In this document: in pieces, positions 24,459 through 33,922 of the stretch | How positions within the stretch are numbered: the stretch's first letter is position 1 | Layout of the letters: the number at the start of each line of letters is the position of its first letter | Assembly (NCBI GenBank): GCA_964530355.1 | Contig: CAZHAL010000001.1 | Location: 1 to 38,961, forward strand | DNA length: 38,961 nt | Source: an uncultured Bacteroidales bacterium | GTDB taxonomy: Bacteria > Pseudomonadota > Alphaproteobacteria > Rs-D84 > CACZYB01 | Direction of reading: 5' to 3' | Notes under the pieces: generated by a model | The model's database searches: none | Told to the model about the DNA's origin: nothing | The model's input: the letters and a program-made list of their open reading frames with translations, nothing else | Translations under genes and position numbers: made by a program

Positions 24459-25523
24459 TTAATCAACTTTTTTCTTTTTAACCATACGACGCAAAATCGC
24501 CGCTTGTTTCAAGAAATCAGCAACCGGTTGAGCCGGATATCCGCTTACCACTGATTTAGGAGGCAAATTTTGTATGACTCCGGCACCTGCACCTATCTGT
24601 GATCCGGCACCGATTCGCAAATGCCCGGAAACACCGGCCGCAGCCCCGACCAATACCCAATCTTCAAGGATTGTCGAACCTGCAACACCGCTCATCGCAG
24701 CCAAGATACAGTTTTTGCCTATCTTACAGTTATGACCTATTTGAATTATATTATCGATTTTTGTTCCACTGCCTATAACGGTATCATCAATCGCCCCTCT
24801 GTCAATCGAGGAATTTATACCAACCTCAACATTATCCTCTAATATCACACGACCAAGTTGAGGCACCCAAATATGACCGAAGGAACCGCTGTGCCAACCG
24901 AATCCGTCACCGCCTATGCAACTGCCCTCACCTATTTTCACATTGTTACCCATAACGGTATGAGAAATAACCGCATTTTCTTTTATAACACAATTATCCC
25001 CCATTTTAACACCGGCCTTTATCTTTGCACCGCTTGCGATATAGCAACCTTTTCCTATCTCTACCCCTTCTTCAATAACGGCAAACGGACCAATATGAAC
25101 CGATTCTCTATCTACAAATTGAACACTGTCATCAATATACGCCTGCGAAGAAATCCCCTTCATTTGAAGGGCTTTATCTTTATAGAAAATACCGGTCAAT
25201 TTAATAAACGAAGCCTTCGGATCATCAACAACCACCGCAACAATAGAAGAAGGGAGCAAGTCTGCATTTTCTTCCCTTATCAAACAAGCACCTGCCTTGA
25301 TGGATTTCAACTTTTCCTTATACTCACCTGATTTATCAAGAAGAGCAGATGTAGCATTTCCCAATGCCAAATAAATAATACTGCCCTCATTTGAGTTTTC
25401 AAGAGAACCGAGATTCGTAATTGCCAAATCCTTCTTACTCTCATCCGCCAACTTTCCACCGACAAGCATTGCAATTTGTCCCAATGCCATAGATGTTTGT
25501 ATATCAAAAAATCTGCTATCCAT
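24459..25523 (-). CDS. lpxD: UDP-3-O-acylglucosamine N-acyltransferase LpxD
   Basis: Left-handed beta-helix hexapeptide repeats (IGPFAVIEEGVEIGKGCYIASGAKIKAGVKMGDNCVI...), 354 aa, positioned upstream of fabZ. Confidence 0.9.
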   Translation of the reverse strand: MDSRFFDIQTSMALGQIAMLVGGKLADESKKDLAITNLGSLENSNEGSIIYLALGNATSALLDKSGEYKEKLKSIKAGACLIREENADLLPSSIVAVVVDDPKASFIKLTGIFYKDKALQMKGISSQAYIDDSVQFVDRESVHIGPFAVIEEGVEIGKGCYIASGAKIKAGVKMGDNCVIKENAVISHTVMGNNVKIGEGSCIGGDGFGWHSGSFGHIWVPQLGRVILEDNVEVGINSSIDRGAIDDTVIGSGTKIDNIIQIGHNCKIGKNCILAAMSGVAGSTILEDWVLVGAAAGVSGHLRIGAGSQIGAGAGVIQNLPPKSVVSGYPAQPVADFLKQAAILRRMVKKKKVD

Positions 25524-25773
25524 ATAATCCCCTTTTTTTATTAGGCTTATCTTCCATTTGCTGCAACTGATAAATTATTATTAAGTTGCAATATTTTATT
25601 ATCAAACGAAGAAGCAACCTTATTTTTTCTATTTATAAACGACATAAGCATAATAATACGCACAATCTTCTCATTTAATAAAGGAAGATAAGGTAAATTT
25701 GGAAACTCACTGATATCTCTCATAATAACAACCTTTCTTTTTTTTGCTGATACCTAAAAAATAATGTTAAATT

Positions 25774-26322
25774 TTATCTGGTATGAGCATCAATTTCTTT
25801 TTTAATCTTAACCAAATCAAAAACTTTTTTATCATTCATATAATCATAAAATTTCTTATCAAGCTTTCCCGCCTTATTAAAATAAGAAGATGGTGTTTTA
25901 TATATTACATATTCACCATTTTCTCTTTTATAAGCAAGAGGCTTCTCTTCACCGACACCATCTATATAAACAACAGATTTAATATCCTTTGGCAGATAGT
26001 CGCCACGATTAAAAATAGAGAAATCCCTTTTATCAAATTTACCATTACCATCCACATCTAGTTTAATGTTATTAGTCCACCCATTCGACAAAACATTTGC
26101 TTCTTTTATAGAAGGATTAAATTTTCCATTTTCAAAATCTTTATTTTCCTTATACTTTAAACCCACAGTAATACCAAGCCACAACGCAGTAGCTCCCCAC
26201 AATGAAAGAATCGTTCCCAAAAGGATCTTTGCTACTATTGGTTTAGCTCTTTCACGATCATTTTCTAGGATCTCAAAGAATTTTGCATCAATTTCCTTTA
26301 ATTTTTTAACAGGATTTTTCAT
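25774..26322 (-). CDS. Membrane-anchored hypothetical protein with a DxDxNG Ca-binding-like loop
   Basis: One TM (ILLGTILSLWGATALWLGITVGL) and the loop KLDVDGNGKFDKRD (EF-hand or dockerin-like DxDxNGxxD). I recognised no family. Confidence 0.5.
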   Translation of the reverse strand: MKNPVKKLKEIDAKFFEILENDRERAKPIVAKILLGTILSLWGATALWLGITVGLKYKENKDFENGKFNPSIKEANVLSNGWTNNIKLDVDGNGKFDKRDFSIFNRGDYLPKDIKSVVYIDGVGEEKPLAYKRENGEYVIYKTPSSYFNKAGKLDKKFYDYMNDKKVFDLVKIKKEIDAHTR

Positions 26323-26359
26323 TTTTCATACCTTTCTTTTCAATAAAAGACATTATTAC

Positions 26360-27259
26360 CTATTTCAAACAATTATTCAAGACATTTGTAATATTCAAAA
26401 CCGTTTCATTTATATTATGTTCAACAACACGACCCTTTTTATCTTTAAACCTGTAAACCAAAGCTTCGTCAAACAATTCCGGCTTTTCATTATAAAGTTT
26501 ATAGAAGTTATTCAAATTTTTCCTTATGAACTTTGCATTATTACAGATACAATCATTTTTCACCTCTGTCACAATAGAAGACACCGCCCCGAAATTATAA
26601 ACATCAATCATATCCTTATTATTTACAAATAAACACATATTTTGAAGTGCGTATTCATTCGCATCCTTTGATAAAAATGACAATATAGAGTCCTGTGAAA
26701 CATTCGAGTTCTTCATTTTCTCCACAATATTTGCCACACAACAAGAATAAGAAGTTTTCAAAATATTTTTATAATTTTCCATCAACACCATAACAGCCTT
26801 ATCGTCATATTCGACACCATCTTCTAATTCACTTTCCTCTGAAATATTATCGACAAGCTCCTGAACCTGTTCTAATTGCAATTCAACCGGATTACTGCTT
26901 GTATTAACAACCGGTTTTATAAGAACCTTTTTAATTTCAACCTTTTGTATTTGATTTTCCAATTCCTTATAAAGTAATTTGCTGTCGTATTGAGGGATTC
27001 TTGAAAAATAGGAATTATCTTCCGGCTCATAATATTGTTCTTCATTATTATCGCTTTCTTCTATGACCTCCTCTTGATACAAAGTTTCATCACAACCTTC
27101 CCCATCACAATACGAAGAAGCATAAGCATTTTCATCAGAAGGAATAGTCACTTGTTGTTCGGTTGTAACAGTTTGCTCTGTCGCATATTTTTGTGATGAA
27201 CAAGCACTTATAAAAACCAACAACAACAAAACAAAAAATCTTTTAAAAGTATTAAACAT
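26360..27259 (-). CDS. Lipoprotein of unknown function with an acidic linker and a Cys-containing C-domain
   Basis: Lipobox LVFISAC, an acidic tract (EEVIEESDNNEEQYYEPED), and a C-terminal domain with 7 Cys including SYSCCVANI and NDCICNN. Confidence 0.55.
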   Translation of the reverse strand: MFNTFKRFFVLLLLVFISACSSQKYATEQTVTTEQQVTIPSDENAYASSYCDGEGCDETLYQEEVIEESDNNEEQYYEPEDNSYFSRIPQYDSKLLYKELENQIQKVEIKKVLIKPVVNTSSNPVELQLEQVQELVDNISEESELEDGVEYDDKAVMVLMENYKNILKTSYSCCVANIVEKMKNSNVSQDSILSFLSKDANEYALQNMCLFVNNKDMIDVYNFGAVSSIVTEVKNDCICNNAKFIRKNLNNFYKLYNEKPELFDEALVYRFKDKKGRVVEHNINETVLNITNVLNNCLK

Positions 27260-27333
27260 AAAAAATCCCCTTTTAATTTACTTGTTTAATTATAGCAAAT
27301 TTTAAAAGGGGACACAAGTATTTTATAAATAAA

Positions 27334-27876
27334 TTACTTTACTTTAAGTTCTATTTCACTTATTTGTTTATCAAGCTCGCTGATTACCAAATCGGTAATA
27401 TCAAAATCATTGTTAATAACAAACGCAGCCTGTGAATTAAAAACTAAATCCAAACCTTTTTCCTTACCTATTTTTTTAATAACGCCGTCCAAATAATCAC
27501 GTTGTATTTTTGCAAGAGCTTCCATATAAGCTTTTTCAACTTCATTTACTTTTGTTGCGAAAAGTTTATCATATTCCATAACGTCACGTTGAAAATTTGC
27601 AACTTCATTCATAAAATCCTTTTTCGCTTCTTCACTAAGCATAGAAGATTTTGTTTTCAACTCTGCTTCTCTTTTTTCAAAATCCTTACGTTTTGAAACA
27701 ACAGTTGTCTGGATATTTTTAAGTGCCTTATCCTTTTGTCCGTTAAGCGATTTCATAACCTTCGCCTTTTCGGTAATTTTAAGCATATCAATCACACCGA
27801 AATCAGCAGCATTTGATACATTTGATAATAAAACAGCAATGCTGAAAGCAAAACCGATTAAAAAATTTTTCTTCAT
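27334..27876 (-). CDS. skp: Periplasmic chaperone Skp (OmpH family)
   Basis: Signal peptide plus a ~160-aa coiled-coil-rich protein (FGVIDMLKI...KDFEKREAELKTK...), located immediately downstream of bamA. Confidence 0.8.
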   Translation of the reverse strand: MKKNFLIGFAFSIAVLLSNVSNAADFGVIDMLKITEKAKVMKSLNGQKDKALKNIQTTVVSKRKDFEKREAELKTKSSMLSEEAKKDFMNEVANFQRDVMEYDKLFATKVNEVEKAYMEALAKIQRDYLDGVIKKIGKEKGLDLVFNSQAAFVINNDFDITDLVISELDKQISEIELKVK

Positions 27877-27943
27877 GTTATTTTCTCCTTATTTATTAAA
27901 ACAAATTATATTATAAAACTTTTATTTTTTAATTCAATAGGTA

Positions 27944-30217
27944 TTAAAACGAGCTTCCTATCGAGAATCTGAATCTTTGAAGTTCATCATAGCTTTCATA
28001 TTCCAAAGCCTTAGCCCAAGAAAGATTTATCGCCCCTACCGGAGAATTCCACAAAATTCCATAACCGACGGACGTTCTGATTTTTCCGCTATACATTATA
28101 TTGGAATTATCCGTTAAATCAGGACTGCCAAGCTTTCCCCAATCATAAAATACATAACCGGAAACCTTGTATTTCTTTGGAATACCTATCGGAAAATTAA
28201 GCTGGAAAGTTCCGTTTACAACCCAATCACCGCCATAGGCATAAGTCGGATTAAGAGAACTTCTTGCACCAACACCACCGTAATCAAATCCCCTTAAATT
28301 ATCACCGCCTAATAAATACCTGTCGCTTCGACTTAACACCTTTCCTTTAAGGGAGTGTATTTCACCCATATTAACCAAAATACCGAACATCCATTCATTA
28401 TCCCAGAACGAAAAAGACTGTTTCAAATTCAAATCATTTTTAACAAAATACTTATCCCCTCCGAACCCGGCATAATCAGTCGAATACGTAATCACATAAC
28501 CGTTTTTGGTATCATTAACATAATCAATAATCTGATCCCTGTAAATCAATGTCTGACCAAATCGGAAAACGTTATAATCACCTATACCTTCCAAAAGACT
28601 GGACGGTAAATTCGAAGCAATATCCGTCATACGTTCATTTTTTGCGGTCCATCTTAATCTTTGGGCAAGGTTATCGGTATAACTCCAACCGAGTTTAAAT
28701 CCCAAACCAATGGTATCAATATTATAACCATAGGTCGAAGAATATCTGTATTGATTATAGTATGCATCAACACCACCCATCAAATCCCTATCAAACAAAT
28801 AAGGTTCCACAAACGAAAGGCTGAAATTATTCTGCCGTCCCGAAAAAGTGGATGTAAAGCCAAGGGTCTGCCCCTTACCCATAAAATTATTTTCCTTAAT
28901 TCCGAATTCGAAAAATCCCTTGTTAAGGCTGGACCAACCGGCACCCAACGAAAGCTCACCGGTGGATTTTTCCTTTACATTAACATCAACATTAACTTTA
29001 TCGGGCGTCCCGTGAACTTGCTTAGGCACAATTTTTACACTGTCAAAATACCCAAGTCCCATCAAATTTTGTTCCGATTGTTTTAAATCCGAAGTGCTGA
29101 AAATTTCCTGCTCGTCAAAAGCAAGATTCCTTCTTATAACATTTTCATACGTTCTTGTATTATTTTTAATTTCAATTTTATTCACAAAAGCCTTTGACGA
29201 ATTTTGAATATCAAAAATCACATCAACAACACCGGTTTCTCTATTCGGCTTTTTAACAATTTCAATATTAACAAAGGCGAACCCGTCTTCTCCCATTTTT
29301 GAAATCATAGAAGATACAGATTTTTTTGCCAAATTTTCATCATAAAATTTACCGACCGGAAGTATTATTTCCTTTTTTAATTTTTCAATATTAAGGTCCG
29401 GTATTTGCGAATTTATATCAACACTGCCAACCTTATAACGCTTACCCTCTTTTATATTAAAAGTAATATAAAAATCTCTCTGCGACAAATCCATTTTTGA
29501 ACTGTATGATAAAACATCAAAATCCAAAAATCCGTTAGAGTTATAATAGTTTCGCATCAACTCTGTATCATAAAGGATTCTGTCTTCGTCATAAGTATCA
29601 AACATTTCCATCAATTTCCACCAACCGTATTCCTTTGACATAATCACATCAAGAAGTTGAGATTTTGAAAAACTTTCATTCCCGTTTATTTGAATATTTT
29701 TTATATACGCCTTGTCACCTTCTTTTATTTCAAAGACAACATCATATTTATTATCCGGTTTTTTAACAACTTTCGCATCAACACTCGCCTTGAAAAAGCC
29801 AAGTCGCTTATACATAGTTTTAATATTTTCCGCATCTCGTTTTATAATGGACGAAGAAAAAACACCCTTTGCTCTTGTCGACATTTCCTTTTTAATATCT
29901 TCTTCTTTAAGGGTCGAATTACCCTCCAACGCAACAACATTGATAACCGGATTTTCCGAAACAGTTATATAGAGGATTCCGTCCCTTTCATCCATTGAAA
30001 CATCACTGAAAAAACCGGACCGATACAAGGATAGAATACTTTTGTTAAGCGAAGCATCATCAACATCATCACCAACCTTTACGGTCAAAAAATTCTTTAT
30101 CATATCAGGATGTATTCTTCCGTTACCGCTGACCTGAATATCAGTTATCACCTCCGCCATACAAGGGTTAAAGGCAATACCTGCACACAACAACAAAGAA
30201 CATAAAAACCGTTTCAT
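27944..30217 (-). CDS. bamA: Outer membrane protein assembly factor BamA
   Basis: 757 aa. It has a signal peptide, POTRA repeats (ITDIQVSGNGRIHPDMIKNFLTVKVGD...), and a C-terminal beta-barrel ending RFRFSIGSSF (aromatic terminal residue). Confidence 0.9.
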   Translation of the reverse strand: MKRFLCSLLLCAGIAFNPCMAEVITDIQVSGNGRIHPDMIKNFLTVKVGDDVDDASLNKSILSLYRSGFFSDVSMDERDGILYITVSENPVINVVALEGNSTLKEEDIKKEMSTRAKGVFSSSIIKRDAENIKTMYKRLGFFKASVDAKVVKKPDNKYDVVFEIKEGDKAYIKNIQINGNESFSKSQLLDVIMSKEYGWWKLMEMFDTYDEDRILYDTELMRNYYNSNGFLDFDVLSYSSKMDLSQRDFYITFNIKEGKRYKVGSVDINSQIPDLNIEKLKKEIILPVGKFYDENLAKKSVSSMISKMGEDGFAFVNIEIVKKPNRETGVVDVIFDIQNSSKAFVNKIEIKNNTRTYENVIRRNLAFDEQEIFSTSDLKQSEQNLMGLGYFDSVKIVPKQVHGTPDKVNVDVNVKEKSTGELSLGAGWSSLNKGFFEFGIKENNFMGKGQTLGFTSTFSGRQNNFSLSFVEPYLFDRDLMGGVDAYYNQYRYSSTYGYNIDTIGLGFKLGWSYTDNLAQRLRWTAKNERMTDIASNLPSSLLEGIGDYNVFRFGQTLIYRDQIIDYVNDTKNGYVITYSTDYAGFGGDKYFVKNDLNLKQSFSFWDNEWMFGILVNMGEIHSLKGKVLSRSDRYLLGGDNLRGFDYGGVGARSSLNPTYAYGGDWVVNGTFQLNFPIGIPKKYKVSGYVFYDWGKLGSPDLTDNSNIMYSGKIRTSVGYGILWNSPVGAINLSWAKALEYESYDELQRFRFSIGSSF

Positions 30218-31314
30218 TACTTAAACAACCTTAATACATCATTAACATTCGAAAGCAAAAGAAGGAATATGATAAACACAAATCCGATAAAGAACATTTT
30301 CTCCTTTACCTTTTCCGATAAATCACGTCTTATTATTCCCTCTATGATATAAATGAATAAATATCCACCATCCAAAACAGGTATAGGGAACAAGTTAAAC
30401 AATCCCAAACTTATAGATATAAGAGCCATTAAATACAAAAACGAATACAAACCGCTTTTCAATGCCGCACCGGAAATCTGTGCAATGGAAATCATACCGC
30501 CCAATTCCTTTGACGATCTTTTACCTACAATCATTTGACCTAAGGAAGAAAGAGTTTCCGTCACAATAGATGCCGTATCATCGTATGCCCCCTTCAACGC
30601 ACCTACAAACCCAACCTTTGTATATTCATTAAACGAAGATGAATACATAATACCTATTTTATAAATATCATTTTCCAACAAAGGTTTGATATCAACCGTT
30701 ACAACTTTTTCATCTCTTGATATTTCCATTTTAATAACCGAACCATCAGCCTTTCCCATAAACTTTGAAACATCTCTCGGCTTGGAAATATTAACATCAT
30801 TCATTTTCAAAATCTTATCCCCTGTTTTAAGTCCGGCCTTGTCCGCCACCGATTCCAAAACAACACCTTGAACAACAACCGAACTGTTCGGCACACCTAC
30901 AAAAAAGAAAAGCCCGAAAAATACCACCATTCCGAATATGAAGTTAAATACTGGACCCGCCACAACAATAGACGCCTTTTGATAACGTTTTTTAAATTCA
31001 AAACTCTGAGCTCTTTCTTTCGCACTCATCTTTTTTCTGTCTTCTGCTTTTTTTTCAGCAGATTCGGGAGTATCCGATTGCCCGAGCATTTTAACATATC
31101 CGCCCAGCGGGATAATACAAACTTTCCAATCCGTGCCATAGGAGTCACGCCATCCGAAAAGTTTTTTACCGAACCCTATTGCAAAAGCTTCAACTTTCAC
31201 ACCATTCATTCTTGCAAAAAGAAAGTGTCCTAATTCATGAACAAATACAATAATTGGAAGTAAAATAATAAACGCGATTATCGCATACAATAATGTTAAA
31301 AAACTCATTTCCAT
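30217..31314 (-). CDS. rseP: Site-2 zinc metalloprotease RseP
   Basis: HELGHFLFAR (HExxH) in TM1, a PDZ-like middle region, and a C-terminal NLFPIPVLDGG motif. Its stop overlaps the bamA start by 1 nt. Confidence 0.9.
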   Translation of the reverse strand: MEMSFLTLLYAIIAFIILLPIIVFVHELGHFLFARMNGVKVEAFAIGFGKKLFGWRDSYGTDWKVCIIPLGGYVKMLGQSDTPESAEKKAEDRKKMSAKERAQSFEFKKRYQKASIVVAGPVFNFIFGMVVFFGLFFFVGVPNSSVVVQGVVLESVADKAGLKTGDKILKMNDVNISKPRDVSKFMGKADGSVIKMEISRDEKVVTVDIKPLLENDIYKIGIMYSSSFNEYTKVGFVGALKGAYDDTASIVTETLSSLGQMIVGKRSSKELGGMISIAQISGAALKSGLYSFLYLMALISISLGLFNLFPIPVLDGGYLFIYIIEGIIRRDLSEKVKEKMFFIGFVFIIFLLLLSNVNDVLRLFK

Positions 31315-31408
31315 ACCTCTGTTTTAATAATCTTTAATTATACAAATATTTTTATTGATAATCAATACAAAAGAAAATTGCAAAAAATCCCTCTTAAAAA
31401 AGGAAAAA

Positions 31409-32116
31409 TTATTTTCTGATTTTTTCAATCCATTTGACATTAAATCCGAACACATACGAAGGCATAGGAGGAACCTCATCTCCCATTCGTCTTCCGCGAA
31501 GCTCACTGATTTCCATATTGATTTCCCAACGCTCTCTTTGTGCATCGGCAATAAAATTTGTATCCGGCATTTTATAAATAAATTCCACCAAAGTTTTCCA
31601 TCTGTCCTTATATCTGTAAGGTTCCGTAATAATTTTAACCGATCTTGTTATATTCTGAGCCATTAAATTCCTAATCTCATCCGCATCGTTATTTTTCCCG
31701 CTGATAAAAGAATTATACGCCAAAGTAAAAGAATTGGTCGCCGGTATATAACTTGGGAATTTAAGTATTGCCCCGTTTAACATATTATTAACATCCGAAC
31801 CTATACCTGTTGCCCTCATCATACTGAACTGAGAACCATTCACGGTATACCTGGTTGTTATATACTCCATAATAAGTTTTTTCGTAAAATCTTCCATCTG
31901 AGATTTTGTAATCACAGCCGATTTCATAGGAAACACCTGCATCAACTTATCCGAGTTTTGAAATTTTGGAATAACAACGGGATTTAATTTAAAAACTTTT
32001 TCATCCAACGAAGCATTTAAATTAAGCGCCGTAAACACGGCAAACAAAATACTTACTGTTGATACAACAGATAACAATATAATCATGGCAAGAGAGTTTT
32101 TAGAGGTTATTTTCAA
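31409..32116 (-). CDS. VirB8-like protein, paralog (TTG start)
   Basis: N-terminal TM followed by an NTF2-like-sized domain. It carries LIMEYITTRYTV (compare the VirB8 F-x-x-x-Y-x-x-x-RE-x-Y region) and a C-terminal PSYVFGFNVKWIEK (compare NPLGF-x-V). A strong SD AAGGAGGAG lies 7 nt before the TTG at 32116. Confidence 0.5.
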   Translation of the reverse strand: MKITSKNSLAMIILLSVVSTVSILFAVFTALNLNASLDEKVFKLNPVVIPKFQNSDKLMQVFPMKSAVITKSQMEDFTKKLIMEYITTRYTVNGSQFSMMRATGIGSDVNNMLNGAILKFPSYIPATNSFTLAYNSFISGKNNDADEIRNLMAQNITRSVKIITEPYRYKDRWKTLVEFIYKMPDTNFIADAQRERWEINMEISELRGRRMGDEVPPMPSYVFGFNVKWIEKIRK

Positions 32117-32984
32117 TTTTCATCTCCTCCTTTTGTTTTCTGTAATTTGCAAGTATAAGTTCATAGTTAGGATTAAACATATAGCTTACAAACACAACTT
32201 TTTTACTCCTTGGATATGATTTCAATCCCGATACAATAATAAACGCGGTCAAGACCTCTTGATTTATAACCTTGTTCATATTCACGGTTTCAACTATGAA
32301 ATCAACCTTATACTCACTTTGCACTTGCACTTCGCGTTCCGGCAAAAAACTTGATAGAAACGATTTCTTTCGTCCTATTTCCACCGTTCTGATTGGTTCC
32401 ATATTAAGTATCGTAATCATCTGATTCGAACCTTGCTGTATCATCAAATCAAAAGTCGCCTTTTGATTTTTAAGGAAGTTATTATATACCGATTGAGAGG
32501 AAAAATTACATATATAACATTTCTTAGTCACATTTAAAAAATCTGAATTTTGAAGTTTTTCATCCCTCATACAATCACACCAAACTTCCTCATTCTGAAC
32601 AAGTGTTGTTGAAAAGGAAAACGTCTTTGTTAAATATTCACGGATAAAAAATTCGGTCAGATAAGTATTTTCTGTAACCTTTCTTATCATTTCCTTAGGC
32701 TTCGATTCTTCTCTTGTTTTCAAATGAACAAATTTCGTTTCATATTTATCCCAATAAACAAAGTAAGGATTTATTTTCACCGAATATGCCTTTATTATCA
32801 AAACAAGCGAGAAAATTATAGCCATCAGCATACATACGAAAGACAGCTTTGAAATACTGTAAATACCCGATAAATATTTTCGTTCGGGCAAAGAGACAAT
32901 ATCAACCGAAAACGGATATACGGGCATATCCGCTTCATCATTTGATGATTTTTTAGATTTTATATTGTTGTTTCTATAAACCAT
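32100..32984 (-). CDS. VirB8-like protein, long paralog
   Basis: ~45-aa cytoplasmic N-terminus and one TM (LSFVCMLMAIIFSLVLII), then INPYFVYWDKYETKFVHL and YLTEFFIREYLTKTFSF, resembling the VirB8 periplasmic domain entry. The start is uncertain (ATG 32984 or 32927). Confidence 0.5.
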   Translation of the reverse strand: MVYRNNNIKSKKSSNDEADMPVYPFSVDIVSLPERKYLSGIYSISKLSFVCMLMAIIFSLVLIIKAYSVKINPYFVYWDKYETKFVHLKTREESKPKEMIRKVTENTYLTEFFIREYLTKTFSFSTTLVQNEEVWCDCMRDEKLQNSDFLNVTKKCYICNFSSQSVYNNFLKNQKATFDLMIQQGSNQMITILNMEPIRTVEIGRKKSFLSSFLPEREVQVQSEYKVDFIVETVNMNKVINQEVLTAFIIVSGLKSYPRSKKVVFVSYMFNPNYELILANYRKQKEEMKIENNL

Positions 32985-33142
32985 TCAGGTAACCCCGGCT
33001 TTGTTTCTACTTGTATGCAAGCACAAGGCGAAATTTTAAGTTCGTTTGCATCATATCCGACACCGACAGGATCAGTGTTATAAACAGATCCACTGCAACC
33101 TGAAATTATTATAGCTGTTAAAAACGCAAATATCTTTTTCAT
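32960..33142 (-). CDS. Small lipoprotein, VirB7-like by size, lipobox and position
   Basis: 60 aa with lipobox IISGC. It lies immediately upstream of two VirB8-like genes. I claim no sequence-level homology. Confidence 0.45.
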   Translation of the reverse strand: MKKIFAFLTAIIISGCSGSVYNTDPVGVGYDANELKISPCACIQVETKPGLPEWFIETTI

Positions 33143-33283
33143 TGTTCCTCCTGTTTTCTATTTATAAGGATATAAGAAGTTTTTTGGTTTAGCAAGTTTT
33201 TTCTTAACACCCGTTGCATATTTTCCTTTATTTTATAAAATTTTATACTAAACTTATTTATATTTGAATCACGAGGTCACATT

Positions 33284-33871
33284 ATGCAAAAATTATTACA
33301 CAAAATTTACAATTACGTTTTGTATTTAAGCAAGACAAACTACGCCATGGCTGTTTTGATTTTTATTTCGTTTTTCGGAAGCATATTTTTCCCGCTTCCT
33401 ACCGAAATAATTATGATACCTATGATTCTGGCTATCCCTAAAAAGGCATTATGGATTTCCTCCATCGCCCTTATTTTCAGTATATTAGGCGGAGGCGCCG
33501 CATACTTTGTCGGACGAGTTTTATTTGACAGCTTAGGTATTAAAATTTTGGAAACCCTTCATTATGTTGAAAGCTTTTATAAATTCGCCGATCTTTACAA
33601 AGAATGGGGATACTGGATTGTCTTTGCCGGCGGACTTACCCCTTTCCCATACAAGGTCATTACCATTGCAAGCGGATTCGTAAATATGAATTTCACTATT
33701 TTCATAATCGCCTCTGCCGTATCCCGCGCTATCAGATATTATTTCATCGCATTCCTTCTTTATAAATACGGTGAAAAGGCAAACACATTTATTGAAAAGC
33801 ATTTGGAAATTTTAACAATAGTTTTCTTCATACTGCTTTTCCTCGGATTTTATGTAATCAAATTTTTATAG
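33284..33871 (+). CDS. yqaA: YqaA / DedA-related (SNARE-associated) membrane protein
   Basis: 195 aa, polytopic. FFGSIFFPLPTEIIMIPMIL and GGLTPFPYKVITIASG match YqaA/DedA motifs. Confidence 0.7.
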   Translation: MQKLLHKIYNYVLYLSKTNYAMAVLIFISFFGSIFFPLPTEIIMIPMILAIPKKALWISSIALIFSILGGGAAYFVGRVLFDSLGIKILETLHYVESFYKFADLYKEWGYWIVFAGGLTPFPYKVITIASGFVNMNFTIFIIASAVSRAIRYYFIAFLLYKYGEKANTFIEKHLEILTIVFFILLFLGFYVIKFL

Positions 33872-33874
33872 GAT

Positions 33875-33915
33875 AAAAAAATACCCTCCGTTAAAAGAGG
33901 GTATTCAATTTTCAT
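33875..33915. terminator. Bidirectional terminator between yqaA and rubrerythrin
   Basis: Stem ATACCCTC (33881-33888) / GAGGGTAT (33897-33904), with an A-run before and a T-rich tract after. Confidence 0.65.
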
Positions 33916-33922
33916 AATCGCA

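Noticed and set aside
25547-25723. 58-codon minus-strand ORF (MRDISEFPNLPYLPLLNEKIVRIIMLMSF...) in the gap upstream of lpxD
   Set aside because: It has only a weak RBS, no recognisable motif or hydrophobic segment pattern, and lies in AT-rich spacer where such ORFs arise by chance. It is not reported as a feature. It would need conservation or ribosome-profiling support.
31324-31666. ORFs 31324-31551 (minus) and 31355-31666 (plus) around the rseP / VirB8-like junction
   Set aside because: They overlap the 3' part of the better-supported VirB8-like gene or the short intergenic spacer. They have no RBS and their composition is non-protein-like.
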